DNA from: a virus | Virus record (IMG/VR): IMGVR_UViG_3300048620_000016 | DNA: 64,000 bases | Reading direction: 5' to 3' (one strand) | Part shown: positions 62,668-64,000 of the stretch, piece by piece | Layout of the letters: every line of letters starts with the position of its first letter | Numbering within the stretch: position 1 is the stretch's first letter | Notes under the pieces: generated by a model | Databases searched by the model: none | What the model was told of the DNA's origin: nothing | The model's input: the letters and a program-made list of their open reading frames with translations, nothing else | Made by a program: the position numbers and the translations under genes

Positions 62668-64000
62668 ATGGCGCTTCCAGCAGGGGTAGCTCAGCTCGGC
62701 ACATTCAAAGGTGCGAAGGGGGACCGTGGTCCTGCCGGGACGTTCGCGTCTGCGGGGGCGACGTCCGTGGCGCCGGGGGCGTCCGCGTCGGCGGTGTTGT
62801 CGGGTCCGGAGGGTGCCCGTCACGTTCAGTTCTCGATCCCTCGGGGCTTGCCGGGCGTGAACGCGGTTCCTGCTGATGAGGCGATCGCCGCTTACCTTGC
62901 AGCGGAGGGGTCCCAGTCCAACGCGGCTGTCGAGGCTCTGCTCGCTACGTTCCCAACTTCGCCTTCTGCGATCGCGGCGATCAGCCCTGACCGTTTGGTG
63001 GTGTGGGGTGATTCGATCGCGGAGACCGGCGAGGTCGACGGCACGTCCTACCTGGCGCTTGTGGCAGGGTCGTTGGGCATTTCGCGCTTCAATGGCGCGT
63101 GGTGGGGTCAGAACAGCATCGAGATCGCCGCCCGGCAAGGGGGGCGCATGCAGCTGCTCACCTTCGCGTCGAACACGATTCCTGCCTCCGGTTCGGTCGT
63201 CGTCACATGCGAGACGTCGCCGATCGGTGGTACGGCGGGGCGTGGGCCGGAGGCCGGCGTACTCACAGGAACAGTCCAAGGTGTGCGGGGGGTTCTGTCG
63301 TGGGCAGGTTCGGACCTGATCTTCACTCGCGCGGCCGCGGGAGAAGCTGTCGTGTTGCCGGGGGCGGTACCGTTCATTGGGGAAGCGGCTCGTGCCTACC
63401 GGGGTGATGTCACGCTTCTCGCTGCAGGCCGCAACGGCACTCACATCCTCGACCGTTTGATCGACGCGCACCGCGGCATGGTGCAGTTCACGAACCCGCG
63501 CTTCGCGGTGCTCGGAATCCTGCCCTGGGAGGGCACCGATCCGACGCACACCGAGGACCCCGCTAACGCGGCGCTGCGTGCGCTGTGGCCGGACAGGTTT
63601 GTCGACCTGAAGGCGTGGCTGATGTCGGTTCGTTCCTCTCACGCGATCGCGTATGAGTTCACATCAGGGGATCTCGCTCACATCGCTGCTGGCTTCGTCC
63701 CGGGCGGGTATCGCACCGACGGTGTGCACCCGACCCTGCGAGGCCGCCATGCGATCGCGTACGCGGTGCGGGAGCACTTGCTCTTCAACATCCCCGATCT
63801 CGAGCTAGCCCCCGGCTATCGTCCGGTTCCGTCGCCTTCAGAGACACCCGATCACTCCTGGGTGACGGACGGTCTCTTCCCGGGGCTGCAGCTCGAAGTG
63901 CTGCAGCCCCGAGACGGGGTGACCGTCGCCCGTCAAGACACTCCAAGCGCCAGGCCCTTCGCCGACATCGACGCAGCCGCTTTCGACTCGCCGGTGTACA
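62668..64000 (+). CDS. Copy 2, SGNH tail fibre (truncated by window end)
   Basis: Repeat at +36,246. Confidence 0.8.
   Translation, partial: MALPAGVAQLGTFKGAKGDRGPAGTFASAGATSVAPGASASAVLSGPEGARHVQFSIPRGLPGVNAVPADEAIAAYLAAEGSQSNAAVEALLATFPTSPSAIAAISPDRLVVWGDSIAETGEVDGTSYLALVAGSLGISRFNGAWWGQNSIEIAARQGGRMQLLTFASNTIPASGSVVVTCETSPIGGTAGRGPEAGVLTGTVQGVRGVLSWAGSDLIFTRAAAGEAVVLPGAVPFIGEAARAYRGDVTLLAAGRNGTHILDRLIDAHRGMVQFTNPRFAVLGILPWEGTDPTHTEDPANAALRALWPDRFVDLKAWLMSVRSSHAIAYEFTSGDLAHIAAGFVPGGYRTDGVHPTLRGRHAIAYAVREHLLFNIPDLELAPGYRPVPSPSETPDHSWVTDGLFPGLQLEVLQPRDGVTVARQDTPSARPFADIDAAAFDSPVY

Larger units (their letters stand above)
1..64000 (+). mobile_element. Temperate actinobacterial siphophage genome, about 1.77 tandem copies of a 36,246-bp unit
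   Basis: Complete packaging, head, tail, lysis and integration/immunity modules; no host genes visible. Confidence 0.97.
36247..64000 (+). repeat. Direct repeat of positions 1-27754 (period 36,246 bp)
   Basis: All ORFs recur with the same translation at +36,246 (e.g. 2389/38635, 16315/52561); 36247 onward reads accccggagcccacaccg like position 1. Confidence 0.98.

Noticed and set aside
1-64000. IS element, recognisable anti-phage defence system or toxin-antitoxin pair
   Set aside because: No transposase, terminal repeats or recognisable defence or TA motifs; small unknown genes cannot be assigned without profile searches.

Overview
The window is a head-to-tail repeat of one 36,246-bp, high-GC temperate siphophage genome. 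The host is probably an actinobacterium, most likely Microbacteriaceae (inferred from GC content, protein families and tRNA type). Positions 36247-64000 repeat 1-27754: every ORF recurs with the same translation at +36,246. No host DNA or attL/attR junction is visible, so this is a concatemer, a circular form or an over-assembled contig. Gene order: early lytic cassettes, KilAC-type antirepressor, frame-disrupted ParB-like gene, replication/regulator genes, HNH, terminases, portal-MuF, protease, HK97 capsid, tail genes with a GGGGGAA frameshift, tape measure, minor tail genes, SGNH/LamG fibre, lysis cassette, a post-lysis GDPD tail module, then tRNA-Arg(UCU), tyrosine integrase, repressor and Cro-like gene. 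The most interesting locus is 33592-34940. The repressor's 3' end contains a decayed antisense tRNA 3' half sharing a 7-bp core (CGGATTA) with tRNA-Arg(UCU). Crossover there would create a TAG stop that removes an 18-aa degron-like tail, and a complete tRNA-Arg(UCU) sits 8 nt after the integrase. This suggests integration-dependent immunity combined with tRNA replacement (inference, untested). Other oddities: a structured-RNA candidate before HNH, a sortase-type surface protein, an antisense DUF732-like lipoprotein, an in-frame amber codon in a tail gene, duplicated cassette genes with conserved boundary repeats, and a long dual-coding overlap.
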